Positions 41,734 to 57,030 are shown, numbered from the stretch's first letter. The stretch: 64,000 bases of DNA from the human T2T-CHM13v2.0 reference genome, Homo sapiens (GCF_009914755.1 NC_060928.1); one strand, 5' to 3'. Numbers and translations are program-made. The notes: a model not told the origin generated them from the sequence alone.

Positions 41734-43206
41734 ATGATTAAAATGCTTTTGTTATCAATACCTTTATTAGGCTTTACTAACATTGATTGCAAACACTCCT
41801 TGGTGGATATTGTATAAAAAATAGCATCTATAACTAATCAGTCAGAATGCTGGATTTGTGCCCATACAATATATGAAGAACCTGATATATTTTCACAGTT
41901 GCATCCAGCCAATAAAACAGCCTGGTACCAACCTAACGGGATGTGGACACATCTCCAAAGCCTAGCTAGTCTTACCCAACTATATTCCCTATTTATCCTC
42001 AAATGAAAGAAAATTCCCTGTCTGTATTTTTAGTAATCAGACTTATTCCTCTCTAGAATATATTACTCCTCCATTTTGTGTTGAAACTGTTCAGATTAGC
42101 CTTTCCCAATGTAACCACACAAAATCCTCCTCTGCATATACCCATTCTTAATTCTATAATCCAGATAGATTTTCCTGAACTAGGTATTTCCCAATTCTAT
42201 ATCCAACAGCAAACTCTTCTTTTTATCTAAATTCAATAATTGGAAGTCTGCTTACCCCCTACTTCTTAAGGAAACTGGAGGGAACAGAACTGAGAGCCTC
42301 AAATTTTAGCATTACCCATGAAAGGAATGGGACTCTATTTCCAACGCACCACAATTTTGTGCAAGAATTGCCTGCAAATTGAATGACCATTTTGGATTAA
42401 AGTGGCTCCGAGTGTTCAGAGACAAAAAACCCTCTCTGCAATGAAACCATTAATCTTGGCTCATTTGTCCATAAAATATCTTCTCATAAGAGAAATTCAT
42501 GCAGTGCTAAGCTTCTCACTACATGCAATTTTGGGTTTCACTCATTCGTCAGAGCATTGATTCCTTCCGTTGATACGTCTGAATTAGGAAAGGCTATTAT
42601 AAATGTTCCCAGGACTTTAGAAAAAAGCTTTAATGACACTGCCACTTTTGTCTTGGCTTTACAAATGAGGTCTCTCCAACCTTGCTTCATTAGTTTTGCA
42701 AAATAGAGAAGTTCTGTATACCCTAACCACTCACTAGGGTGGTGCATGTGCTGTTAGTGTTGAAAACTGTAGCTTCTATGTTAATAAATCACGAATTGTT
42801 GCCCCAAATCTAAAAGATCTTAAAAGAAGAGATACAGGTTTTTCATCACAGAGGTGATGCTACACCTACTGATTTGTTTAGTTGACTAAATCGTGGCTCC
42901 TGGGAATCTCTGCTCTGGGAGATTTTTCAGTCCTTGGCGATTATTCTCTTTAAAGTCGTTGTATTTACCTTCCTAGTGCATGGTGTCCTATCAGGGGTTT
43001 TAAATGCTTTCCAGCAGCTACTCACATATCAAATGATTGCCATCAGGATCAGATAACTTGAGGAGCTCAACCACCTGACCAGTGATGGCTACAGAGGTGC
43101 TGATAACAGTGACACCACCACCCTTCCTTCCAGTGCAACTATGGACGATGAGAATGTCTCTATGACTCTGTCCCAGTGTCTACGTCAACTCCCTCAATGG
43201 CGATAA
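41734..43206 (+). pseudogene. Decayed endogenous retrovirus env gene (class I / gamma-type SU-TM)
   Basis: Manual translation: signal peptide MIKMLLLSIPLLGF; SU CWIC (41848-41859); degenerate furin site SHKR (42482-42493); fusion-peptide region FHSFVRALIPS; ISD LQNREVLYTLTTH*GGAC (42696-42749); C-X6-C-S; TM IFQSLAIILFKVVVFTFLV. Several stops and frameshifts; 3' end uncertain (43056 or 43206). Confidence 0.85.
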
Positions 43207-43283
43207 CCAAGACGAATGCTATACCGTTTAATTACACTGTCAGTTTGCTGAGAGGATAAAGAGGATAACCAAAAAGGGGCAGT

Positions 43284-43998
43284 TGTAAAAACAAACTAAA
43301 ATGGAGACTAGACCTGAAAAATCCCTCAGCAGACAAAGTGAGTTAGGCCTTGAAAATAACCTTAACGTTTTTTAAATTGCAAACATAAGCAAAACTTAAC
43401 TTGGGCCATTACATGTAAATGCTTATATCAGAGGAAAACAAAACTTAAGCTCAATCAATCAGAAGCAGCCAACTAACTTAGGTAACTAGAGACTTTCTAG
43501 TGGGACAAACCAAATAAGGAAATTAAATATTCACTGAAACATTTTATTTTTAATTTTAAGAGACAAGGTCTCACTCTGTTGCTCAGGATGGAATGCAGTG
43601 GCGTGAGCATAGCTCAATGCAGCCTCAACTTCCTGGGCTCAGGTGATCCTTCTGCCTGAGCTCCCAAGTAGCTAGGATTAAAGTCGTGTGTTACCATACC
43701 TGGCTAATTTTTAATTTTTTTGTAGAAAAGGTGGCTGAAAGGGGGACAAAATAGGGGTCTTGCTATGTTGTGCAGGCTAGTCTCAAACTTTTGGCCTTAA
43801 GCGTTCCCCTTGTCTCGACATCTTCAGGTGCTGAGCAAATATTTTCTTTATTTCTGCATTCACTCTATAAAAGCCAGTTCCTTGTGCCTCTTTATGGAGC
43901 TCCAAACCTCTTCTGGTTTGGTGCTTCCCAACTCATGAATTGTTGTTTGCTCAGATAAACTCTAAGATTTGTATTGTGCCTCAGTTTTTCTTTTAACA
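43284..43998 (+). mobile_element. ERV1-class 3' LTR (MER4-group-like), interrupted by an Alu
   Basis: Polypurine tract aaaaaggggcag just before TG start; TATA-like ctataaaa ~43865; ends ttttaaCA; directly follows env. Confidence 0.75.
43542..43834 (-). mobile_element. Alu (AluJ-like) inserted in the ERV LTR
   Basis: Antisense, diverged Alu with a short non-Alu insert at ~43727-43755. Confidence 0.85.
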
Positions 43999-44132
43999 CT
44001 TTCTTTTAACAAAAACAAGTAGGGGTGAGGGCAGAAGGACAGAAGAGAGAGACAGAGAGAGAGGTGAGGGTGGTGGGGGGAGAAGGAAGATGACTGATTT
44101 TTAAAAAGATAATCTTTTGAACACGAACTTTC

Positions 44133-44418
44133 CTTTTGTTTTTTGAGACAGGGTCTCACTCTGTCACCAAGGCTGGAGTGCAGTGGCATGATCATGGCTC
44201 ACTGCAGCCTTGATCTCCCATGCTTAAGTGATCCTCCCACCTCAGCCACCTGAGTAGCTGGGAACACAGACACACATCATGTCAGGCTAGTTTTTTATGT
44301 TTTGTAGAGATGGATCTCCCTACATTGCCCAGGCTGGCCTTAAACTCCTGTGTTCAAGTGATCTTTCTGCCTTGGCCTCCCAAATGAGATTACAGGTGTG
44401 AGCCACTGCACCCTGGCC
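44133..44418 (-). mobile_element. Alu (AluJ-like)
   Basis: gagacagggtctcactctgtcacc...gatcatggctcactgcagccttga...gtgagccactgcaccctggcc. Confidence 0.9.
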
Positions 44419-44851
44419 AAGAACATTTTTGAAAGAAGACCTGGATACTTTAGGGAATTGGCTGACATTCCAAAGTGTTCTCTATTCCCTGTGGCTTTTG
44501 TGCCTTGTGAGAGGACTCTGAGAACTCACCAAATCCATTCCACAGCTATTGAATTAATGGGAGAACCTGATCAGGTTGAATGTCTGGTTTTGTCTTGGGA
44601 GGTGGGGCTGAGTGTCTTACACTTAGGCAGGATAGATTCTCCAGAAATGCCTCTCCATCATAGTCTGTTAATTTTTACTGATTTCGTTAACAAGAGGTAA
44701 AGCTCTCATTTAATATCAGGCCCACCTGGGAAGAGAGAATTTGCTGACATTAATGTGTGAATGGCATCTATACTGGACACTGCCTTAAGAACAGACTCTG
44801 ATTGCACAAAGGAGAGAGCATATGTGATGATACCAAGTTATGGAAGATGGG

Positions 44852-45289
44852 CGTATCAGTCAGGGTTCTTTAGAGGGACAGAACTAATAGGAGGTATATA
44901 TAGGAGCTTGTTAAGTAGTAACTAACACGATCACAAAGGTCCCACAATAGGCTGTCTACAAGCTGAGGAGCAAGGAGAGCCAGTCCGAGTCCCAACACTG
45001 AAGAACTTGGAGTTTGATGTTCAAGGGCAGGAAGCATCCAGCAGAAAAGAAAGATGTAGGCCAGGAGGTTAAGCCAGTCTAGCCTTTTCACATTTTTTTC
45101 CTGCTTTATATTCTAGCCATGCTGGCAGCTGATTAGATGGAGCCCACCCAGGTTAAGGGTGGGTCTGCCTTTCCCAGCACATTGACTCAAATGTTAATCT
45201 CCTTTGGCAACACCCTCACAGACACAACCAGGATCAATAATTTGCATCCTTCAATCCAATCAAGTTGACAATCAGTATTAACCATCACA
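44852..45289 (-). mobile_element. MLT2A (HERV-L) solo LTR
   Basis: Minus strand begins tgtgatggttaatactgattgtcaacttgattggattgaaggatgcaaa; near-TSD atggg/gtggg. Confidence 0.85.
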
Positions 45290-45629
45290 GTGGGAGAGGA
45301 TATCTTAAGATAAGGCTGGGAGTAAGACAAACATTTCAGACACTTACCGGAATGTCTCCCAATCTCTGCAAACATAGCATGCCTCAAACCTTGGTATTCT
45401 TTTCACCCTGAAGCTGCTGCTCTATCTCTTATTAATTCTAATTCCCTTCTCCTGGGTCACTGAAACTGGAAACCTCAGTTCTTTTTATTTATCTCTTTGC
45501 CTTACCTATATTCACCCTCAAAATGTCATTTGTCCTCTGTTTTCTATTTTAGTCATTACTGCCCTAGAATAGTCCCTCAGCATTAGGGGGGCAGAAAAGT
45601 AGCCAGATCCCCCTTGGTTTAATTAATTG

Positions 45630-45810
45630 CCCTGTACTTACTAGCTTTGACTCTCTGGGTAACTTACTTAACCTTCTGTGCCTCAGTTTCCTCATGTCAT
45701 TTGAGATGCCAAAGAGTATTTGTCACATGCAGTCAGAGTGAGGATAAAATGTGTAAAATGCTAGGGATAGTGCCTGGCTACGTAATAAATATATAATAAG
45801 CACTAGGTAT
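45630..45810 (+). mobile_element. MIR
   Basis: cttactagct...acttacttaaccttctgtgcctcagtttcctcat...tagtgcctggc. Confidence 0.75.
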
Positions 45811-46529
45811 CATTTCAAAAGACTACTAACTGGTTTTGCTGCCTTCTCATCTCACCAATCTATTCCCCAGAGAGTGTGCAGATTGGCCTTAACAATACAT
45901 GTGAACAAAGCACTTCCTGCTGGAACAATTTCCATGATCCTCTGGACCTTCTCAAGCGGCTTTCAGGCTGTCTTCCCAGCCTTATATACTGCCACACCCT
46001 AGCAGGTAGTCTGTGCTTGCCTGGTCCCACCACTGCCATCTGCATCCACATCTCTGTGCTGTCCAGACTCTTTGCCTGGGACTTTTTTCTTCTTTTCTAC
46101 ATGGCCATCTACTTATCCTCTCAGGCACAGATGAGACATTCTGCACTCAGTGGAAACTTTGCTGACCTTCCCTGCCTCATCACCAAGTGGTATTGGTTGT
46201 TTCTTTTTCTGTAGTCCTGTGGCAATTTGTATATCCCTCAAATTTAGCCCACCCACCAGAATGAACCATGTAGCAGCCCGAATGGACATTAACCTTATGG
46301 CATCCACACCTCGTAGGTGGGGAAGCTATGCCCTTCCTGCCCATCTCGGGTCTCACGGACTTCCTTGTGATCACATTGCCTATACCCTCCCTCATGGCAT
46401 CACAATACCCTCCTGGCAGCTCTTAGCACAATCTCTAAAGGAATTGAGGGAAACATTTTTCAGTTTGTAGATAAGAGTAGGTGAGATAGAAAGTGAGAGG
46501 AATGAGTTTGGGGAAGCATGCCTCTATGA

Positions 46530-46909
<380 letters not shown>

Positions 46910-47233
46910 AGCTTTCAGAAACTTTTTAATACAAGTGTCAAACTCTAGAATGTTCCTACACCAGGGATTTGCTTTCTTATTTTTGTGCTCACTTCCCTCC
47001 CTGGGAGGCAGTCAAGAGAGAGTACAGAATAAAAGCCTCTGATACATGAAAATAGAGATGATGTTCTCCACTTGGGTTACAAAACCCTGTATAGAGGAGA
47101 GAGCTGTGGACTCTGTAGTTGTTCACTCTGATGCTCCTTCTTTTAGCAATGTAGCATGGATACTCACATCTAAATTGTTACTGTTCTATGTTGAGTTATT
47201 ATTGTCTTTCAGGAAAAAGCTACTGAATCCAAC

Positions 47234-47620
47234 TGTGTCAGGAAGCGTTCCCAGGAAGTAGAGCCTGAGGCAGGGGTTGTTGTAAAAGTGACTTATTGAG
47301 GGAGTGCTCTCAGGACAAGGGGAGTGAGAGAAGAACAGGGTGGGAAAGAAGCCCAAGTGTGGATGTTGTTTTGGCTGGGGATCAAATTAGTCTAGATCCC
47401 ATGGAGAGCCCTCTGGAGCATGAATTGCATGACAGAGTTGGACTCCTCTTAGGGTAAGGAGTATGGTCTTTAAACCCTTATGTCGGTCAGTCATTGGCCC
47501 CAGTCTTCTCTGAAGGAGTTGAGGTGGAAGTGTGATCTGAATGAAGCAGCTCCTTTTTGGTTGAGACAAATCTCTGATGAACGGAGCACCAGTGGCATCT
47601 ACCGTACCGACCATCTTGGA
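47234..47620. mobile_element. Old ERVL-class LTR relic (LTR16/LTR33-like)
   Basis: tgtgtcagg..ttcccaggaag..gagcctgagg...ttattgagggagtgctctcagg motif; family and orientation uncertain. Confidence 0.5.
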
Positions 47621-50600
47621 GCCAAGAAGTGGGGAAAGAAGACAGATTTGAGGATATGCCGACTGCTCAAAACACAATCTTACTGAGGTACCTTCGAGAT
47701 GCTGACATGGGGATGGGACAAGTGTATGTGCATGTGGTATCTGGATGTGGGAGTCTGTGATGGGAGAAGGAAGCCACAGAATTTTCCAAGATATATGGTA
47801 TGAGACCCAGGCCCTCTTGGTAGAATGTTTAAGGGATGATGACTTCAGAAGACATGAGGGCCTGACAAAAGTAAGCCTTGGACATTTGATTTTTGATAAT
47901 CTAGAGTCTATTTAATAAGCCGTAGCCATACTATGTCTGTACCTTGGTCTAGAAATAATTCACTGTGATGATATTATGCTTTCTATTTAATTTAATTTGT
48001 TTATTTGGAATTTGTATTTTGGCTTTTAAAATTTAACCCATCTAAACAAGGTAATTCCAAAAGGGAAGTGGATGTGTCCAACCCTTTAATTGGGGAGCTA
48101 CTGCCAGGAGTTCTGAATTGAGCTCTGTGTTGCCTGAGAGTAAAGCAAAAAGGGACTAAGCATTGGGTTATAAGGTTCTTCTTCTTCTTGTTATTATTTT
48201 TAAAGGTGCTGTAATGTGAAGAAGGACCCAAAGCCTTCTTTATCTCTCCCAATAATCTCAAACCAAATAGGTGGAACTCCTCGCATAAGTTGATTTACAA
48301 GTACCTCTCTAGATAGCTTTCAACAGTGATTCTTGGGCTCTTCCAGAGGTTCTAGAGCTGCTAATGTCTTTAAAGTAGTTTCTTGTCTGCTTCAACCTGG
48401 ACTTTTGAGAGTGGATGACCTCAGAAATCTGAAGGAGTTGAAAACATACGTGGAAACATATGTGGGACTGACTTTTATATTTTTACATATTTAAAGATCT
48501 TTTTAAAGATCTTTAAATCTGTAGCTTGCTAGTTGATTGTATGACTGTAGGGCCTGTAGATATTTTTATTGCTGTTAGACGGTCCAGCATTTTGCTCCTA
48601 AAGTTTTGTTCCATCTGTTCTTCAATGGAAATTCCCATCTCTGCGGTCACCATTTTCTACATGCCTGAGTAAGATCTTCCAGAGGTAGGGTTGCACATGG
48701 TGAAAGGGCTTGAATGGGCCAAGTTTGAAGACTTTGTCCTCCAGAATGTCAATAGATCCTAAGAACTGTAGGTATTTGTGTGTGTGTATTTATGAATGAA
48801 GTCTATAGATGAAGGCATTGTTTCAACAGCCTGAAAATGGTCTCTGACACATCTGTATTTATTAGCCTCTTTCTTTCTTTCTTTTAGAAGTCTGGTGTAG
48901 AAGAAATAATAATCAGTTAATTGAGAGGGTTCATTCATTTGAGTTCTGGTTAAAGTCACAGAAGGCTCTGATCTTAGTCCTATTGACCTCTATAAAACAG
49001 CAATAATATTATTAAAGGATGTTGTCAGAAAATTAATTTTCTAAGCTGAGATATAAAGCTTTAAGATATATGTATGTGTTTATAGAGAGTTGAATTTTAT
49101 ACACATCTAATTATATGTGTGTAACAGTGTACCTGGCGTGGTGGAATTTTTTATTTAGAGGTGAACATAGAAAGTCATGTTGGAACAGCATCCTTTAGGT
49201 GAAGAATTGGGGCATATTTTGACTTTGGAAAATGGTATACAATTAACTGTAAAAAAAAAAAAAAGTCCTGTGTCTTAGCAAAGGCTTCTCCTCAGTTTGC
49301 AGAGGTTTGGGGAGGGAGTGGATGTATTTGAATAAGGATCCTAAAACCCTTCTGAAAGAGAAGGAAGGGAGGCACCAATTCCTACTACCAAATGTTAAAA
49401 TTAGGAAACCCTGCCACAGTGGATTGTGATGGTCTTGACCAAGGTGCATGAGAGAAGAGGACAGTAAGGTCCCAAAGGCCAACTCACCACAAGGGGAAGT
49501 AGAGTCTGGCAGTGATCTGAACTCCACACAACAGCATTAACTCCAGGTTAAAGAGCTCAGTCTGGTGCACTATGAGTCTGAGTGCAGAAGATTTACAGGT
49601 AGGAGTCAGGAAACTATCAAGTTTACATGTTGCAATAAGGAGGTTAGACATTCCATGATGCTTTCAGAGCCATTGATGGGTTTTAAGCAAGGCAGTGGCT
49701 TGGTTTTTGTATGAGAGAGCTCATTTTAGTGACCAATATGGAGGATATTTTTAAGAGAAACAAGAATAGAGGCTGGGAAGCTATTGCCATGATCCACGAA
49801 AGAGGAAAAGACAGCTTGAATGAGTCAGTGGTGAAGGAAAAGATTCAAGAAGTAGGAGGTAAAGTGATCATAGCTTGGTAATTGATTGGCTCAGGGGGAG
49901 CAGTCATTAATTTGTTTGCTATTTGTGCTGTTTATTATTATTACAAATGGCAGGGATTAGAATAAGTGGCCAATTATTCTCTTCCTGTCTACTTGTTTTT
50001 AGCTGCTGGTCTCTAAAATGAAAATTATGAAGATGGAACTTTGATTAGCTTCTCCTACTTTCATAATGACTGTGGTTATCATTCCCAGTTTATTGAGTGA
50101 AGTCATTGTTTAAATTTGCATAAGTGGCTTTTGGATATGCAAAGGTCCAATTACATTAAAAGCTAGATATCAATTGATATAGAAGAACAATTATCTAGAT
50201 ATGTCCATGACATTAAAAAGAACAAAGACTGACTGGAGAATTTGCCAACATTTCCATTGAGTTAATTCTGGCTGCCAAAGAACTATGGGAGGAGAACATG
50301 AAGAAAAGAAGAAGAAATATAGACAATCTTAGCCAAATGGTACCTCTGCAGATTAGAAGAATGGAGGGCATGCAAAAAAAAAATTAAATTTGAAAAGCAA
50401 AACATTTTTTGTTGTAAAACAACAATAATCACAACAACCTAAAACAATAAGCTTATTTATATGGTAAAAATAAAAAGGCATCCCCCACCACAACCTCCTA
50501 CTGTCTAAAACCCCTGGGACAACTTCTGTTAACAGACAGGTGGGGATTCTTCCAGTCAGAAATGTCCTTAAAGAGATTCCATTCATTATACAGAATCTAT

Positions 50601-51090
50601 CATGACACATGTTTCACCAAGGTAACCTTTGATCTGTTTTCTTATCTGTTAAAGTCTACTTGGTGATTCAGTTCATAGCTTGCTAGTTGGCTGAATGCTA
50701 GAATTGTTGCTGGCAAGGAATGCTGTTACAGGGGGCCAGTAGACAGTGGAAGTAAGAGAGACAGGACAAAATGCCAGGAGAAAAAGGTCAAGTCAAGGTG
50801 GAGTACAAAAGGCAAATGCCAGGCAGGAAAATGGGACGGGCTTGGAAAAGAATGCTTAGTAAAGTCCACCTTCCTTGTTTTCACTTTTTGTAACCTAATT
50901 ACTCCAACATCTTTGCTGCTGACTTTTACCCCTGCTTTCTCCTAAATTACTCTCCCAAAGGTCACCAAAGGACCACGTGGTCATCACATTTGATGACCTT
51001 CTCTCCATTTTTACCCTCCTTAACCTCTCTGTGTTTGATATTGTCAACCACTGTCCCTTTCATGAGTCCCTGTTTCCATGGCGATGGTGA

Positions 51091-51478
<388 letters not shown>

Positions 51479-51981
51479 TTCTCCAGTCTTCTAATTGTGG
51501 GGTCTGCCTACAGAACTGTTCTTTTCTTACTTCTCTTTTTTCTGCATTTTCTATTTCTTGGATATTTAATTCACTCCTATGGCTTCAATGATGATTTCTA
51601 TGACAGAGGTTTTGAAATATGACAGATACAGACATAACTAGAAATATAAATCTGACCCTGACCTCCCCTGGAGTTCTAATCTCCCATTTTCTGTTACCTG
51701 CTAGGCAAGTCCCATTTGTATTTTATTTTATTTTTATAGAAAGAAATGAGATAATCATATGTATTGTAAAAATGTGAATCCATACACATATGTACTGTAT
51801 ATATATATGAATGCATATACATATGTAATACATATACATGTATATTGTGCATATACACACAAACACATCTTAATGAGACCAATGTCAGGTCTCTACCCCC
51901 GAACAATTATGTTGGAATATGTAGGATGGGGCTGCAGCACTTGTGCCTATTAAAAGCTCCCAGAGTGATTGGAAAAGAACA

Positions 51982-52088
51982 ATTATTTCCATAGGTTTTG
52001 GGGAACAGGTGGTGCTTGGTTACATGAGTAAGATCTTTAGTTGTGATTTGTAAGATTTTGGTGCATCTACCACCTGAGCAGCATGCAT
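51982..52088 (-). mobile_element. L1 3'-end fragment (L1PB-like)
   Basis: tttccataggttttggggaacaggtggt..ttggttacatgagtaag..ctttag..gattttggtgca. Confidence 0.65.
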
Positions 52089-54750
52089 TTGTATTTTAAA
52101 CTTAGCATTTCTAAAACAAAACTTGTCTTCTTCACCTTCAGACTCCCCAGTATGGGCTAAAGAGACCTTTCTGGCCTATCCCCTGCTCACCTTTCCTGTT
52201 TCATCTCTTACCACTCTTCTACAAGCACTCTTTTTTCCAGTCATGTCAAATAACTGCAGTTTCACGAACATGTCACGTTTCAAATGCCTCTATGCTATTG
52301 AAAACTACGTTCTGTCCCCCGAAACATCCTTCTCCTTGGGCCTGAATTTTTTGTCCCAAAACATTCCTTCCTCAACCCTCCAAATTTTTCTTGTGTATCA
52401 TTTTCCTTAGGAAGGCTTCCTGCATCTGATGCCCTTCTGCTGTCTCTTATAGCACCCCTTGGAAACTTCTGTTATAGATCGTATCATACTAAAGTGTAGC
52501 TGGTTGCTTACTTGTTTGTATTCCCAGGTGAACTGTGAGCCCTTGGAAGTGAAGAAGTATGTCTTTGATGTCTGTACACCCAGGCCCTAAAAAAGTGCTT
52601 AACACATAGTAAGTGGATTCACACACTTTTTCTGTGCTTAATACATACTGAATGTGAATACATACGGTATGTGAATCTGCTTCTCTCTCCTGGTTTCTCT
52701 ATTTTTGATGGTGGTAAAGCCATCTCAAATTTATATCTCTAACCCTGACATTCCTCCTAACTCCATGATCACATCCTTCCTTCAAAACATCTCCACTTGA
52801 ATGTCCAAGAGGTTTATTAAATCTAACAGGGGCTAAGCAAAGCCCCTGCTGTCTTTGCCCACCATACTGCATCTTGGTAAGGGCACCACCATTTACCCAG
52901 CTGTTCTAAGTACAAACTCTGGAATCATCCTTTTTCTTCTACTCTACATCAAATCTGATAAAAAAAAAATCCTACAAGCGTTGCCTGATCATAGATCTGG
53001 AATCTGGCCATTTTTCATCTCCTCCAGCAGTGCTACATCAGTTCAAGCCACCATTGTCCCTTCCCTGGGCTCCCATGGTGCCTTCTTACTGGTATCTGTT
53101 TACTCTTGCTCTCTATAAATGATTCCTCCAAACAAAAGCCAGAGGTACTTACCTTGGCTTACAAGACCATTGAGGATTAGGCCTTTGGCTATCTTTCTGG
53201 GCTCATGACCTATCACCTCCTCCTTGTTGACTCTGCTGCCTACACAGGCCCCCTTGTTACTTTCTGAACACACCAGATGGACACTCATTTCAGGGCTTTT
53301 TTCATGCTACTCTCTCTGCCCCAGATACTTCTCTCCTAGAACTTCACATGGCTCACTGCCTGGCTTTCTTCTGGTCTCTGCCCAATAGTCACTTCTGGAA
53401 AGAGGCCTTCTCTGACCATAATATCTAAAAAAGCACCCCCACAGACTCTATCCTCTTACCCTGATTTGTTTTTTCCTTTGCCATATGATGTTTTATATTT
53501 CTTTATATATCTATTGATACTCTCTTTCATTAGTACATTGGCTCCCTGAGAATAGGGTCTTCGTCTACCATGTTCTTTGCTGCAATCCTAGCATCTGGCA
53601 CTTTTCCTGGCATATAGCAAAAGCTCAACAAATACTTGATGAATGAATAATTCCAGTTATTCAAGACTGTGAGTCATATTTGACTCCTCACTTGCATTCC
53701 CTCCTGTGTGCAGTCACCGAGCCCTTTAGAGTCTTATGTTTATTCATTTCACATTTATTGACTGTAAACTGTCTTATGGTCTGTTTTTCTTTGAGCTAAC
53801 TTACTTTCCACAAGTGCCATATCAAATGAAGTAATTAATGCAACAAGAACTTTGTAAACTCTAAAGCACTATACAAATGTCATTTTCCTTCCAGTCCCAC
53901 TGCGATGACATGAATTAATGTTACTTCCTCTTCCAATCTATACAGGAGCCTCTAACTGAACTATCTCCTTCCCAAATTCTCCTTAGATTATATATTTTGC
54001 ACCCTGCTGCCCACTTAGTCTTCTTAAAGCCTTGCTATAATTATGCACCTCTCCTACTCAAAAACTTTGACTGCCTTCCAGTTCTTGACCAAATAGTATA
54101 CAAAGTCCTTGACTTGTAACCAAGACCTTCCCTGATGTGGCTTCAGATTGCCCTTTCACTGTTTCTCACTCTTCTCCCACCCAAACCCTGGATTTTCAAG
54201 TAAGTTTAGCCCACTAACCTTTCCCTGAGCCCAACTGCCTTCCCCCACTTGTCTTTCACTCATGCTTCCCCTCTGAATGGAAAGCTTCCTGCATACCTTC
54301 TCCTTAAAAAAAAAACAAGCAAAAAAAATCACACCTTGCAGGCTCAGAACAAGTGAGCATCCATGGATTCTGCCATTCGTGGGTTTTTCTACTTCAAGGT
54401 GTTCTTTCTCTACTCTCTATTCTTATAGCATTTCATTCTTCCTGTTGAGGGGTACCCTTATCCTCCAACCTTCCCTTCTCTGGAACAGAAAGGAAGGAAA
54501 TAGATGCAAGGATTACTTTTAGCATCTGCTTCCATTTTCATTATTCTGATTTAGAAGGCAAGGAAAGTCTTATCTGTTCTTGTCCAAGCTTCTCAGATTA
54601 TTTGTCCCTCCTTTCTGTCTCTGAGATCTGCCTGCCGCAGTAAGCATGCTTTCATGACTCCCACCTCCATGTGGGAGGGTTTCAAGGACAGGCTTTCATC
54701 TTGACAAATATGGCAGCCTGCCTTTCTGAGCTGGTAGTAGAGGGAAGTAG

Positions 54751-55085
<335 letters not shown>

Positions 55086-55495
55086 AAGCCTACGTTTTAC
55101 TACAGGATAAGCTGCCTTCTCCATTCTAGCCATTCTATATTATACGGCCAATGATTTGGCTTCTCTGAATCTGACTCCATTTCTTAATTGGTTTTGAACT
55201 CTGGAGAAAAGCATCGATTAATTATCACCTTCCCTTAAACTCAAACATCACCCGGATGACTTTTTTGGCAAACTTCTGTATAATACAGATTTTTGTAAGG
55301 CCTTATTCATATTTGTAACCCAATACATAAGCATATAGAAAGGAGAGGCAGTATTATATACCATCATTTGTCTTAAATCTCTTTCGACTTCAGATTCATG
55401 TGACAGTATTTATTTGCATGGAGGCTATATGGGCTAATACATTTGATACTGAGAAAAAAATTAAAAATAAAATATATATGGTGGGAAATAGGATG

Positions 55496-55873
55496 TGTAT
55501 TAGTCGGTTCTCACAGTGCTACAAAGAACGACCTGAGACTGGGTAATTTATGAAGAAAAGAGGTTTAATTGACTCACAGGTCCACAGGCTGTACAGGAGG
55601 CATGGCTGGGAGACCTTAGGAAACTTAAAATCATGGCAGAAGGTGAAGGGGAAGCAAGCATTCCTTACCATGGTGGAACAGGAGAGAGAGAGAACAAAGG
55701 AGAAAGTGCTACACACTTTCAAACAACCAGATCTCATGAGAACTCTATTATGAGAAGAGTAAGAGGGAAGTCTGTCCTGTAATTCAGTCACCTCCTACGA
55801 GGCCCCTCCTCCAACACTGGGAGTTACAATTTAACATGAGATTTGGGTGGGGACACAGAGCCAAACCACATCA
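55496..55873 (-). mobile_element. MSTA-type (MaLR) solo LTR
   Basis: tgtattagtc...gagactgggtaatttatgaagaaaagaggtttaattgactcacag...gagatttgggtggggacacagagccaaaccacatca; near-TSD ggatg/agatg. Confidence 0.9.
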
Positions 55874-56139
55874 AGATGTTTCTTGTTTCTTGGAATTGTG
55901 GCTGAAGCTCAAAGCTGATTATAATGTACAAGTTCTCTACATTATAAATAGTGACACTGGACACATTTTTAGGACTTACTGAGAAATTACAATACAGAAC
56001 CTGTGGCTATCAACTCCGTCAACCCCCTTCAACTATGTAAGAGAGGGCTTGAGAAGGTGCCTTAAAGGGGATTTATAGGTGTACCAGCGTTTTGACATTT
56101 CTTGACTCCTCACTCTGTGGGATGAAAAGAGGGTTTGTC

Positions 56140-56507
<368 letters not shown>

Positions 56508-56844
56508 GAGGGTTTGTCCTCTTATGCCAAGTTAGGGCAGCCCTCAAAGCAGATCTCGAAGGGAAGACGTCTACCGAGAGCGGATTTTGATGTATCACTC
56601 CATGAGACTGGTGCCTTTCTCTAGCCTGGAGAATTCCAAGGGTGCAAAGCTGGCTGAAGCTATTTGAGACGGCTGGTGAGGATTTGGGCCAGCAGAGGGG
56701 TAAGCGTTCAGGACTCGCAGAGTTTGAATGAGCAAGCATGTCTGAGTGGACCCCATGGAAAGCATTCAGGCTTTAGTTGTCTTAAAACGGCCATACCCAG
56801 AGCAAGTGTAAAGGCAGTTGTGGAAAATAATATAAACCAGTTAC

Positions 56845-57030
56845 AATAGCATTCTTGGAGTGCTTACCCAGGTACTAGGGATTATTTTATTAATCCTCAC
56901 AACCACCCTAAAAAAGCATTACTTTCATTCCCATTTTTCAGATGAGAAAATGGAGGAGTGAGGTCGTTATTTTCTCAAGATCATAGAATTAGCATGGTTC
57001 ATAACTGGTATTTAAATAGCAGATCCTTGT
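56845..57030 (-). mobile_element. MIR
   Basis: taatcctcacaaccaccc...cccatttttcagatgagaaaatggagg. Confidence 0.7.

Noticed and set aside
42538-42747. 69-aa minus ORF, initially suspected transposase
   Set aside because: It is the antisense frame of the + strand env TM region
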